Origin: a virus
Taxonomy: Duplodnaviria > Caudoviricetes
Strand: one strand, 5' to 3'
IMG/VR virus record: IMGVR_UViG_3300022929_000030
Span: 1 to 56,682 of that record
Length of the DNA: 56,682 nt
Position numbers and translations under genes: made by a program. This document shows, in pieces, positions 26,888 through 34,230 of this stretch (position 1 is the first letter of the stretch; each line of letters opens with the position of its first letter). Under the pieces are notes generated by a model. The model made no database searches, was not told where the DNA came from, and saw nothing but the letters and a program-made list of their open reading frames with translations.

Positions 26888-27367
26888 TCAATTATAAACA
26901 GCATGACCCGCCTCTAACGTTTCAAAAACAGGTTCCCAATCATCCGGGTTATTTAATTCCAAAACGGGTTTAGTGGCCAGCCCATCCATGCGCAAGTCCA
27001 CCGCTTGCGACGCATGATAAAGCATTAAAGCATAAACACGCCCGGCGCCATGGGGACTATACTTAATTAGGATCCAGCTGGAGCCGTTGCCATGCCGGGA
27101 ATGGAATGAAACTTGATGCGGGCTTAGATCCACTCGGGGCGCGATACAATGCTTTAATTCAATTGTATGGTACTTCCCGTCATCATCTTCCACAAAGACG
27201 TCTGGAAAGCCCGGCGTGGCCCAGCTTTCAATCCTCTCGGTCAGCCACTTCGGCCTTTTCTGAGCCATCTGTTTCTTCAGCTGGTCCCAAAAGGCGGCTT
27301 CGCGCCGTTTCCCGATTGCCGGTTTTTTGTTTTTCTTCTGGAGTGACGTCAATAGTGATTGGTTCAT
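26888..27367 (-). CDS. PD-(D/E)xK nuclease (VRR-NUC / Holliday-junction resolvase-like)
   Basis: E-x-x-FW...RIES...PGFPDV...IELK...LSPHQ. Confidence 0.75.
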   Translation of the reverse strand: MNQSLLTSLQKKNKKPAIGKRREAAFWDQLKKQMAQKRPKWLTERIESWATPGFPDVFVEDDDGKYHTIELKHCIAPRVDLSPHQVSFHSRHGNGSSWILIKYSPHGAGRVYALMLYHASQAVDLRMDGLATKPVLELNNPDDWEPVFETLEAGHAVYN

Positions 27368-27884
27368 AGCTTCCCTTTAATTCTTGAATTGCTTTAAGCA
27401 CTTCCTCTTTTGACATGCCATCGATAGTGCCATGGCGTATTTCAGATTTGTTTACATAGATGTCGCCTTGCGCCTGCCCGCGACGATACTCGGCTTGAAC
27501 AGCCGCGCTAAACGCTCCGCTATCCAAGGCCGCATCCCGAATCAATTGCAGATCCCGGAGATGTCTTTTGTATTCGACCCCATACTTCCGATCTAATTCA
27601 GAGCGATAAGCTTTGATTGCAGCGACCACGTTAGGAAAGCGGGCGGGGTTACAAAGCTCGGATGCACGCACGCTGGCGGACTTAGCCGGATACCCGGCGT
27701 TGATTGCCGCATCTCTCATGGTTATTTGCCCATCTTTAGAAACAAGCTCTTTAACAAACAATTCCTGTTTGCGTGTCAGAGGGCGTTCTTCTGGGCTATA
27801 TCGTTTTCTATATGCCCGCTTGCCTGACGGCGTGAGTGGCGCGCCTTCATCTGGCACCATATATCTATCTTTTGATCTTGGCAT
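27228..27884 (-). CDS. terS: Terminase small subunit
   Basis: LTRKQELFVKE...AAINAGYPAKSASVRASEL...SAAVQAE matches the TerS HTH pattern; GGAGG RBS. Confidence 0.75.
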   Translation of the reverse strand: MPRSKDRYMVPDEGAPLTPSGKRAYRKRYSPEERPLTRKQELFVKELVSKDGQITMRDAAINAGYPAKSASVRASELCNPARFPNVVAAIKAYRSELDRKYGVEYKRHLRDLQLIRDAALDSGAFSAAVQAEYRRGQAQGDIYVNKSEIRHGTIDGMSKEEVLKAIQELKGSYEPITIDVTPEEKQKTGNRETARSRLLGPAEETDGSEKAEVADRED

Positions 27885-28038
27885 TCCTGACCTCCAGTAA
27901 ATTGACGTAACAAGACTATATGCAGGGGTGGTTGCTTTGTAAACACACTGTATAAGCCTCCAGAATTTTTATTTTTTTAAAAAAAAACCCCCGCCCCCCT
28001 TAACGACATTCTTTGATTAAGAGAAAGACTATAGTTTG

Positions 28039-28114
28039 TGTAACTATGTAACCATTGCTGTAACTGCTAAATTATTGGTTTTGTTACAAATAACACTAAA
28101 GTTACATGGTTACA
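28039..28114. repeat. Inverted array: 3x TGTAAC facing 3x GTTACA
   Basis: TGTAAC at 28039, 28047 and 28059; GTTACA at 28083, 28101 and 28109. The two outer pairs share one symmetry axis. Confidence 0.8.
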
Positions 28115-28128
28115 TGGGTTTCGGCTAC

Positions 28129-28167
<39 letters not shown>

Positions 28168-28373
28168 CTGGCCGTATAACTATAACCGAAACTAAGTAAC
28201 TCCCTAGAACGGCGGCTCTTCCCCTTCGTAGGCCGGGAGCCACGGCACGTGGTCCGCGGTCCGCGGTTTGTGTTCTTTTTCTGGTGGTTTTTGTTTTGGT
28301 GGACCGAGCATTTGGATTATGAATGTTGGCAGGTGGTTTGAGAATTCCATTTGGGCATCCTTGCATTTTTAGG

Positions 28374-28405
28374 TTGACAACACCATCATCGCATATCATC
28401 TTATA
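28374..28405 (+). promoter_or_regulatory. Putative sigma70 promoter of the plus-strand block
   Basis: TTGACA-N17-CATCTT, overlapped by ATCGCATA and ATCTTATA direct repeats; AGGAG RBS follows. Confidence 0.55.
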
Positions 28406-28435
28406 GTTTGTCTACAGTGCGAAGGAGAAAAAGCT

Positions 28436-28726
28436 ATGGACATTAAGTTTTTTGAGATTGCGTCGGATTTTTCTGGCGATTTATTGCACGCGGAAACGCG
28501 ATTAAACCGTTTTAAGTCTTTGGTTTATAGTGATTGGCCTAGTCGTGAGATACCTAATCATGCTGGTATAAAGTCTGCGATTGAGGTTTTGGAGGCTGCG
28601 CAGATTGGGTTACGCGAGGCTTTGTTGGATAATCAGACCATGGTTCATAAGAATTTGATGGATCGGATTGAGGAGTCGGGCCGTCAGGCGGATTACGAGG
28701 CGGCTCGGGCGGAGGAAGCGACATGA
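28436..28726 (+). CDS. Hypothetical protein
   Basis: 96 aa, AGGAG RBS, first gene of the plus-strand operon. Confidence 0.7.
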   Translation: MDIKFFEIASDFSGDLLHAETRLNRFKSLVYSDWPSREIPNHAGIKSAIEVLEAAQIGLREALLDNQTMVHKNLMDRIEESGRQADYEAARAEEAT

Positions 28727-29040
28727 AACCAACAGTTGAAGAATTCAAGCAGTTCGTCGAGGAGCAGGGCGATTTGGAAATTAAATGGTACGGCGAGTAT
28801 CATGGCCGCTTTTACCACAAGGGCGTCGCTGTCGAAGGATGTCTTGCAGATGGCGGGGCGCTTGTCGAGCGTATGAAGAGCAATGGCCCTTGCATTGGTC
28901 GTTGGGGCCATCAAGACAACCTTGGCTTGGATCACGTGATGTCGTGGGACGTTAGTTGTTTTCGCTCGGACGAGGAGGTTGAGCAGCCCAAGTCCAAAAA
29001 GGATTTGTGGATGGACGCGGTTCAGAAAGTGAGGGTGTAA
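28723..29040 (+). CDS. Hypothetical protein
   Basis: 105 aa, ATGA overlap, GGAGG RBS. Confidence 0.7.
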   Translation: MKPTVEEFKQFVEEQGDLEIKWYGEYHGRFYHKGVAVEGCLADGGALVERMKSNGPCIGRWGHQDNLGLDHVMSWDVSCFRSDEEVEQPKSKKDLWMDAVQKVRV

Positions 29041-29258
29041 TGAAAGCCACGATTAAACTTTGGGATGAGAATCGTTCGCCGGTGGCGGAGTTAATTGTCC
29101 CTCGTGATGCCTCATACACGTTGGATACGGAGGCGTTTGTTGCTCGGTGTTGGAAGGCTGCGGACAGCATGGCGTATCTTCTTACGCCGTCCGACGAGTG
29201 GGGCATGGAAATGGTTATTACTTGTGATTTTACCGAGAAGGGGGAAGACGATGGCTGA
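29040..29258 (+). CDS. Hypothetical protein
   Basis: MKATIKLWDE...; TAATG overlap with the upstream gene. Confidence 0.6.
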   Translation: MKATIKLWDENRSPVAELIVPRDASYTLDTEAFVARCWKAADSMAYLLTPSDEWGMEMVITCDFTEKGEDDG

Positions 29259-29436
29259 GGACACGGATCGTTTTTTCGTGGGCCGTTGTCCGCGGTGTGA
29301 TGGCGAGGGTATTATTGAGGTTGAGGTTGCTATGCCCCATAATTTCAACCGGGACGTTGGTTATTTGGATGTTCGTCGTGAGCGTTGTTTGGACTGTGAT
29401 GGTTCTGGGGAGGTTGATCCGGGGGAGGGGTTGTGA
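29251..29436 (+). CDS. Small DnaJ-type zinc-finger protein
   Basis: CPRCDGEG...CLDCDGSG, two CxxCxGxG motifs. Confidence 0.75.
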   Translation: MAEDTDRFFVGRCPRCDGEGIIEVEVAMPHNFNRDVGYLDVRRERCLDCDGSGEVDPGEGL

Positions 29437-30083
29437 GTTTTGATGAGGATTTTAATTTAAAGGTAACTGTTCGCAATGGGAGGTTACTTCGTGCGATACG
29501 CGCGCGGTATTCTTCTGTTGCGGACATGTGCCGAAAGATGGGTCGTTCGCATCAGACGGTAAATAAGTTAATTACGATGAAGGCTGTTCCGTATAATTCG
29601 AAGGGTTGGACGGATTTAGCTTTGGACATTGCGGGGATGGTTGGCCGGGATCCGGGGGATTTGTGGCCGGATCATATGCGGGAGCTTCGTTTGCGGAAAT
29701 CGACATCGGAGGTTAATCTTGATTTGGACGACGTAAAGAAGTTGGTTCAGGAGGGTTCGTCGGAAAAGACTATATCGCAATTGAGTGCATTAAGTCAGTT
29801 TTCCAAGAACCTAACTTTTCGGGAGCGGGATGTTTTAGCTCGGCGGTTTGCGCATGACCAGAGTTTGGATGAGTGCGCTGCATCTTTGAGGGTTTCCCGG
29901 GAGCGGGTTCGTCAGATAGAGGCTAAGGCTTTTCGGAAGATGCGCAAGGTTGCGTCTAATTTGGGGTATATGGATGTTAATTACCCTGCGTGGGAGCCGT
30001 GGGATTGGAAAGCGGGGCGGGATCGTCGCTCGCGGCTTAAATTATCTCTTAAACCTCGTGGTCAAGATTTATTGGAGGATTGA
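29433..30083 (+). CDS. Transcription regulator with N-terminal HTH and C-terminal sigma70 region 4
   Basis: LTFRERDVLARRF...SLDECAASLRVSRERVRQIEAKAFRKMR is close to RpoD region 4.2; no region 2 is visible. Confidence 0.8.
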   Translation: MSFDEDFNLKVTVRNGRLLRAIRARYSSVADMCRKMGRSHQTVNKLITMKAVPYNSKGWTDLALDIAGMVGRDPGDLWPDHMRELRLRKSTSEVNLDLDDVKKLVQEGSSEKTISQLSALSQFSKNLTFRERDVLARRFAHDQSLDECAASLRVSRERVRQIEAKAFRKMRKVASNLGYMDVNYPAWEPWDWKAGRDRRSRLKLSLKPRGQDLLED

Positions 30084-30279
30084 ATGAAATATGAAAAATG
30101 GACAACGGACCGCGTTAAATTGTTAGAAAAATATTGGCGTGACGATTTAATGTCGGCGAGTGAAATTGCTCGAAAATTAGGAAATACATCACGAAATGCG
30201 GTGATTGGTAAAATCCATAGGATGGGAATTTCTGGTCGAAAATCTCCTTCTCACCATTTATTGGAGGATTGAATGAAAT
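30067..30279 (+). repeat. 24-bp perfect direct repeats flanking gcrA
   Basis: ATTTATTGGAGGATTGAATGAAAT at 30067-30090 and 30256-30279. Confidence 0.92.
30084..30272 (+). CDS. gcrA: GcrA cell-cycle regulator, N-terminal HTH domain only
   Basis: WTTDRVKLLEKYW...SASEIARKLGNTSRNAVIGKIHRMG is the GcrA signature. Confidence 0.88.
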   Translation: MKYEKWTTDRVKLLEKYWRDDLMSASEIARKLGNTSRNAVIGKIHRMGISGRKSPSHHLLED

Positions 30280-30539
30280 TAAATAATAAAAAATTAATTG
30301 AGTTAAGAAAAGAGCGGGGCATAACGCAAAAAACGATGTCCAAGGATCTTAACTTACAGCAGGCTAATCTTTCTCGTTATGAAAGCGGCTCGGTTCAAAA
30401 CCCCTCTGCGGCGGTGGTTAAAGCGATAGCTAATTACCTTGAGTGTCATATGGACGATCTTCTTTTAACCGGCGAGGAGCTTGTTCAGCCTATTCCCAGC
30501 AGGGTTGATGTTCATATTTACGTTCATTGGGGGAAGTAA
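30273..30539 (+). CDS. XRE-family HTH regulator
   Basis: LIELRKERGITQ...LSRYESG...IANYLEC. Confidence 0.85.
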   Translation: MKLNNKKLIELRKERGITQKTMSKDLNLQQANLSRYESGSVQNPSAAVVKAIANYLECHMDDLLLTGEELVQPIPSRVDVHIYVHWGK

Positions 30540-30543
30540 TTAA

Positions 30544-30717
30544 ATGGTTTCTAGGTGGCAAATGAACGTAACTTATCGGGGCGGGGACGCGGGCCCTATT
30601 GTTGTGGAGTATGATATTGAGGAGCTTTTTGAAATTCATGATTTGATTGAGCGTGGCCCGGATTGGAATACTGTAATGAATGTGGATATTAGATTGAACA
30701 GGAGGAGTGATGACTAA
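30544..30717 (+). CDS. 57-aa hypothetical protein
   Basis: Hand-translated: MVSRWQMNVTYR...DIEELFEIHDLIERGPDWN...*; fills the operon gap. Confidence 0.6.
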   Translation: MVSRWQMNVTYRGGDAGPIVVEYDIEELFEIHDLIERGPDWNTVMNVDIRLNRRSDD

Positions 30718-30781
30718 GGAAGATATGGAAAAGATTTTGAACGAAGCGTTTCGTCGTGTGTTTGGCGACAGGGGGGAATAA
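30710..30781 (+). CDS. 23-aa micro-ORF
   Basis: MTKEDMEKILNEAFRRVFGDRGE* with a strong AGGAGG RBS. Confidence 0.4.
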   Translation: MTKEDMEKILNEAFRRVFGDRGE

Positions 30782-30823
30782 ACTTTGCTATGATTTTTTG
30801 GCTAATTTTGTTAGGCTTGGGTT

Positions 30824-31132
30824 ATGGAAAAGACTGACCGGCTTATAGCGATGCAGATGACTGGCGAGACGACTGTTATAGAGTTTCGCCAGTCTCCCCC
30901 TTCCATAAAGTTTGTTGAGGGGTTGGTTGGTGGCCCGGTGTCCGTGGACAGTGTAAATTTGCGCCAGTTGGATTTGGCGCATACGGTGATATGGTCTGAG
31001 TGGTATCAGGTTGTATCGAATGCGGAGGGTCGTGAGGCGGGCTTGCCTTTAAACTTGGAGGTAATTGGTACGCTTTGCATGGAGGTTTATGGTGATGCGG
31101 TTGTTTTGATGCGGAATGCGATGTGGGACTAA
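30824..31132 (+). CDS. DUF3846-like protein
   Basis: LVGG-x-V...NAEG...LPLN...VYGDAV pattern (recalled). Confidence 0.55.
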   Translation: MEKTDRLIAMQMTGETTVIEFRQSPPSIKFVEGLVGGPVSVDSVNLRQLDLAHTVIWSEWYQVVSNAEGREAGLPLNLEVIGTLCMEVYGDAVVLMRNAMWD

Positions 31133-31365
31133 CGCCGGAGCATTCACAGAACATTAGGTTAGTTGCGTTTGATTTAGGCCGTGGTCCGTGGACGATGGAG
31201 CGTGTTGCGTTGCAGCGTCAATTATTATTGGAGGCTGCGGATTTTTTAGAATTCATGGAAGTGAGTGTTTTGGATGAGATGGAGCAATTGGTTGCTCAAT
31301 TAAAGGAGGCTACGGATGGACGATCAGAAGGAGCGGAAGGCATTGACGACGTTTCAGCAAGCTGA
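31123..31365 (+). CDS. Hypothetical protein
   Basis: 80 aa, in the operon; start uncertain. Confidence 0.5.
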   Translation: MGLTPEHSQNIRLVAFDLGRGPWTMERVALQRQLLLEAADFLEFMEVSVLDEMEQLVAQLKEATDGRSEGAEGIDDVSAS

Positions 31366-31516
31366 GTTGAAGTGGTTACGTCGTCAGGTTGATACTTTAG
31401 ATCAGGAGCGTTTTCGTGAGGATGCGCGGCCCAACATCCAGCGCGAGTTATTCACTGCGCGCGAGGAGTTGGACCAATTTGTGCGCGGCTTGCGCGTGAA
31501 TGGTTATTTAATTTAG
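31316..31516 (+). CDS. Hypothetical protein
   Basis: 66 aa, AGGAGG RBS; converges on the graspetide-like operon. Confidence 0.7.
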   Translation: MDDQKERKALTTFQQAELKWLRRQVDTLDQERFREDARPNIQRELFTAREELDQFVRGLRVNGYLI

Positions 31517-32979
31517 AACAGCGCGGTTCTATTACCGCCGCCTCCGCCCCCGGCTGCGGCACCTAGCAGCGATCCGAATGGTGATGCGCCGCCTGTTCCG
31601 GCTGGTGCGGGTTGGGCTTGCATTTGTTGCCCGTTTGGAGATGCGTTTTGCATATCAAACATTTGTTGATTTTGTGCGTTTTGTCGGTTTTGCATACCAA
31701 ACAATTGGTCTTGGGGGCCAAAGCCTCCCCCGCCGCCTTTACCGCCCGGTTGCTGGTACGGTTGTTGATATGGTTGTTGATATGGTTGCTGCGGCATGAA
31801 CGGCTGCGGCTGGAAGCCTCCCCCGCCACCTTTACCTCCTCCGCCAAATCCACCGCCATATGGCTGTGGTTGGTACATGGGCCGCGGCTGGTAAGGCTGT
31901 TGGTATGGTTGTGGTTGAAAGCCGCCGCCAAACCCGCCTCCATAACCGCCAAATCCGCCGCCCATGAATGGGTTAGGCGGTCTTTGGTACGCGGGGGGTT
32001 GTTGGAAGCCGCCACCGCCTTTTCCATTACCGCCGGGGAGGGGCATTGGTGGCCGCGGTTGTGGTTGCGGGAATAATCCGGGTGGCGGGAATAATCCGGG
32101 TGGGTGCATGTCGGGAGGCGTTGGTTGGCCGGGAAATCCGGGCTGGCCTTCTTCTTCGCCCATGGCTTGGGTTGTGACTCCGCCCATTGGGGGTGGGAGT
32201 TGACCGGGGGGTCCGCCCGTTTCCTCGCCCATAGCCATGGTTGTGAGTTGCCCTTGGCCCGGTCCGTCGGGTGGAAAAGCGACGCTGTCGCCTCCGCCGG
32301 GAAACGGGTTTTCCCCGGTTTCTTCGCCTACGGCCATGGTTGTGGCTATGGCGCCTCCGAAGTTTCCATCTTCTCCTATGGCTCGGGTAAAGGCATTAGG
32401 GTTATTTGGCTGCAACATAGAATTGTCTTCGCCTATGGCCCGCGTGTTGGCTACTCCGGCGCCGGGTAATTCAACTAATGGTGCTGGCGTTTGATTGTTT
32501 TCAAACCCCAATGCTGCGCGTGTTATTTGGTTTTGTGGTAACATAAAATTTCCTCCGTCTGGCACGGGTTGGGCGGTAAGGGGGTTTGCCTGCCCTAGTT
32601 GTGCTTGCGTTACGCCAGCCGGTGGGGCGGGAACAACCCCTCCGGCATTGGCTTGCTGGTATTGCTGGTTAAAGTTGTTAATGAATTCGTTATCGGTTTC
32701 TAACCCTGTTTTATGACGAAGGAGCGGGGTAACGTCTCCCATACTTATTTCACCGTCTTGGTTTACATCAAACCGTAAGTCTTGTTCCGTGTTTCCAACG
32801 ATCATTTGCAATAAATTTTCGGCGTTAAGCGGGTTTGCTACGCCATATAATTCGTCGTTAGTAAAAGCCATATTGTTTGCACCGGGCCCGGTAAGAGGCC
32901 CGTTTGGCCCTGTTCCAGCAAAACCCCCGGTTTCCTCGCCTACGGCCATGGTTGTGGCCATCCCGAATAAATTTTCCAT
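31513..32979 (-). CDS. Putative graspetide precursor-like protein: 4x TTxxxxEE cores, dockerin-like motif, Q/P/G-rich tail
   Basis: TTMAVGEE (twice), TTMAMGEE, TTQAMGEE, plus two TRAIGED variants; DVNQDGEISMGD Ca-binding-type motif; 9 nt downstream of an ATP-grasp gene. Confidence 0.75.
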   Translation of the reverse strand: MENLFGMATTMAVGEETGGFAGTGPNGPLTGPGANNMAFTNDELYGVANPLNAENLLQMIVGNTEQDLRFDVNQDGEISMGDVTPLLRHKTGLETDNEFINNFNQQYQQANAGGVVPAPPAGVTQAQLGQANPLTAQPVPDGGNFMLPQNQITRAALGFENNQTPAPLVELPGAGVANTRAIGEDNSMLQPNNPNAFTRAIGEDGNFGGAIATTMAVGEETGENPFPGGGDSVAFPPDGPGQGQLTTMAMGEETGGPPGQLPPPMGGVTTQAMGEEEGQPGFPGQPTPPDMHPPGLFPPPGLFPQPQPRPPMPLPGGNGKGGGGFQQPPAYQRPPNPFMGGGFGGYGGGFGGGFQPQPYQQPYQPRPMYQPQPYGGGFGGGGKGGGGGFQPQPFMPQQPYQQPYQQPYQQPGGKGGGGGFGPQDQLFGMQNRQNAQNQQMFDMQNASPNGQQMQAQPAPAGTGGASPFGSLLGAAAGGGGGGNRTALF

Positions 32980-32988
32980 GCCGCACCC

Positions 32989-33750
32989 TTATTTAAGGTT
33001 AGCGCGCAAGCTTTCTGCTAATTTGCCCGCAACCACGTTATTAAACGCCGCAAACATGGGGTTGGAATTAATCTCTAAAAACCACGTTTTGTTGCCATCA
33101 TCTATAAAGTCGGCGGCGCCAAACGTAAGATTTATCTTGCCCATAAGTTTACGCACTTGCGGGACTATAGCATGATCTATTTTAGAAACAAAGAGGGATG
33201 GGTTAGGGTCGTCCCGGTAGTCGAGATGCGTGGACGCCAGCCCGAAGACAAAGATATCGTCGCCAATAACAAAGAGGCGCTTATTAAGGCCGTCTATGCG
33301 CTGTTGCAGAATGACGGGGTAATCGGCCCGTGAGCCGTGGGCGGCGTGCGCTCCACCGGTAATGGGTTTTATTATGGTATCTGGCCGTCCTGTTTCTATT
33401 CCGGCTTCTGTATCGGGGACATGTAGTCCGCATTGTTTGGCTAGGACAAGGTTTTTTAGTTTATATGGTGTTTCTTGCTCGTAATTAGGATTGTATTGTT
33501 TTATGTTTGGGTGCGCGCGAACGTAGTTTGATATCAGATACGCGTTGGCATACATTGTCCAATTGTTTTCTGCGAAGACGTTTGCGCGCCCGAAGCTTGC
33601 ATTAAAATTAATTTCATGGCCGTCCACTGTTAGTGTGTCGGTAGTTATGTCCCAGTGTAAGTTTTGGGATTGGTCTACGAACAGATCAAAGTGGCTGCGC
33701 AGCGCGGCAATATTGGGGTCGGACATTTGCCCAAAGAGTAAAGCGGTCAT
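32989..33750 (-). CDS. ATP-grasp ligase (RimK superfamily, graspetide synthetase-like)
   Basis: K...AKQCGLHVPDT, IIKPITGG, ILQQRIDG, RLFVIG, LDYR, FGAADF, FLEINSNP. Confidence 0.88.
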   Translation of the reverse strand: MTALLFGQMSDPNIAALRSHFDLFVDQSQNLHWDITTDTLTVDGHEINFNASFGRANVFAENNWTMYANAYLISNYVRAHPNIKQYNPNYEQETPYKLKNLVLAKQCGLHVPDTEAGIETGRPDTIIKPITGGAHAAHGSRADYPVILQQRIDGLNKRLFVIGDDIFVFGLASTHLDYRDDPNPSLFVSKIDHAIVPQVRKLMGKINLTFGAADFIDDGNKTWFLEINSNPMFAAFNNVVAGKLAESLRANLK

Positions 33751-34037
33751 CTGGGGCGCAGGGTTTCTATGCCGGCGACACGGAAAGCTTCTTCCGTTTC
33801 TTTTTTAACGGCTTCTTCCAGAATTCTTTCGGCTTCTTCTTTTCTGGCTTGTCTGTTTTTGCGGACCTGAGACTTTAGCACGCGCATATCGTTTTCTGAA
33901 AGGTTTCCATTCTTCCAGAAATCAAACATCATGCGCAGCTGGCCGCCAATGGTGCGGCCTTCTATAAAAGCAACGGCGACTAATTCCTCGTAGGTTTCGC
34001 GCGGAACCAGTACGCTTTTCCATTTTTTGGTATCCAT
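33747..34037 (-). CDS. Putative ribbon-helix-helix-type regulator
   Basis: MDTKKWKSVLVPRETYEEL...EGRTIGGQL; ATGA overlap with the ATP-grasp gene. Confidence 0.6.
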   Translation of the reverse strand: MDTKKWKSVLVPRETYEELVAVAFIEGRTIGGQLRMMFDFWKNGNLSENDMRVLKSQVRKNRQARKEEAERILEEAVKKETEEAFRVAGIETLRPR

Positions 34038-34095
34038 GGTGATAACCCCCACTTCGTTATGTGGGAATATATAAGATGCCCAAACGATAAGCAAG

Positions 34096-34144
34096 AAAAA
34101 ACCCCCTTTCCGTTGCAGTGCGAATCCTAGCCGGGAAAGGGGGT
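34096..34144 (-). terminator. Terminator-like hairpin downstream of the DNA polymerase
   Basis: Minus strand ACCCCCTTTCC...GGAAAGGGGGT followed by TTTTT; large loop. Confidence 0.6.
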
Positions 34145-34230
34145 AGTTGCGTGCGGGGCTCCAAGTGCTTTATTTGGAGAAAAAGAACAATGAGGGAAGC
34201 CCCCGCCACAGGCATATAGAGTCAAGCAGT

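Noticed and set aside
27228-27367. 140-nt overlap of terS and the nuclease gene as a programmed frameshift
   Set aside because: Both frames are complete on their own, the nuclease start is uncertain, and I found no clear slippery site with a downstream structure.
32989-33750. ATP-grasp gene as a plain RimK / glutathione synthetase auxiliary gene or a DNA-modification enzyme
   Set aside because: Not excluded without a phylogeny, but the DYR motif and the adjacent multi-TTxxxxEE protein favour a graspetide synthetase; no base-modification gene cluster is evident.
34110-34132. CAGTGCGAA in the hairpin loop, also present at about 28415, as an ncRNA or tRNA fragment
   Set aside because: There are only two short matches, with no cloverleaf or other recognisable RNA family.
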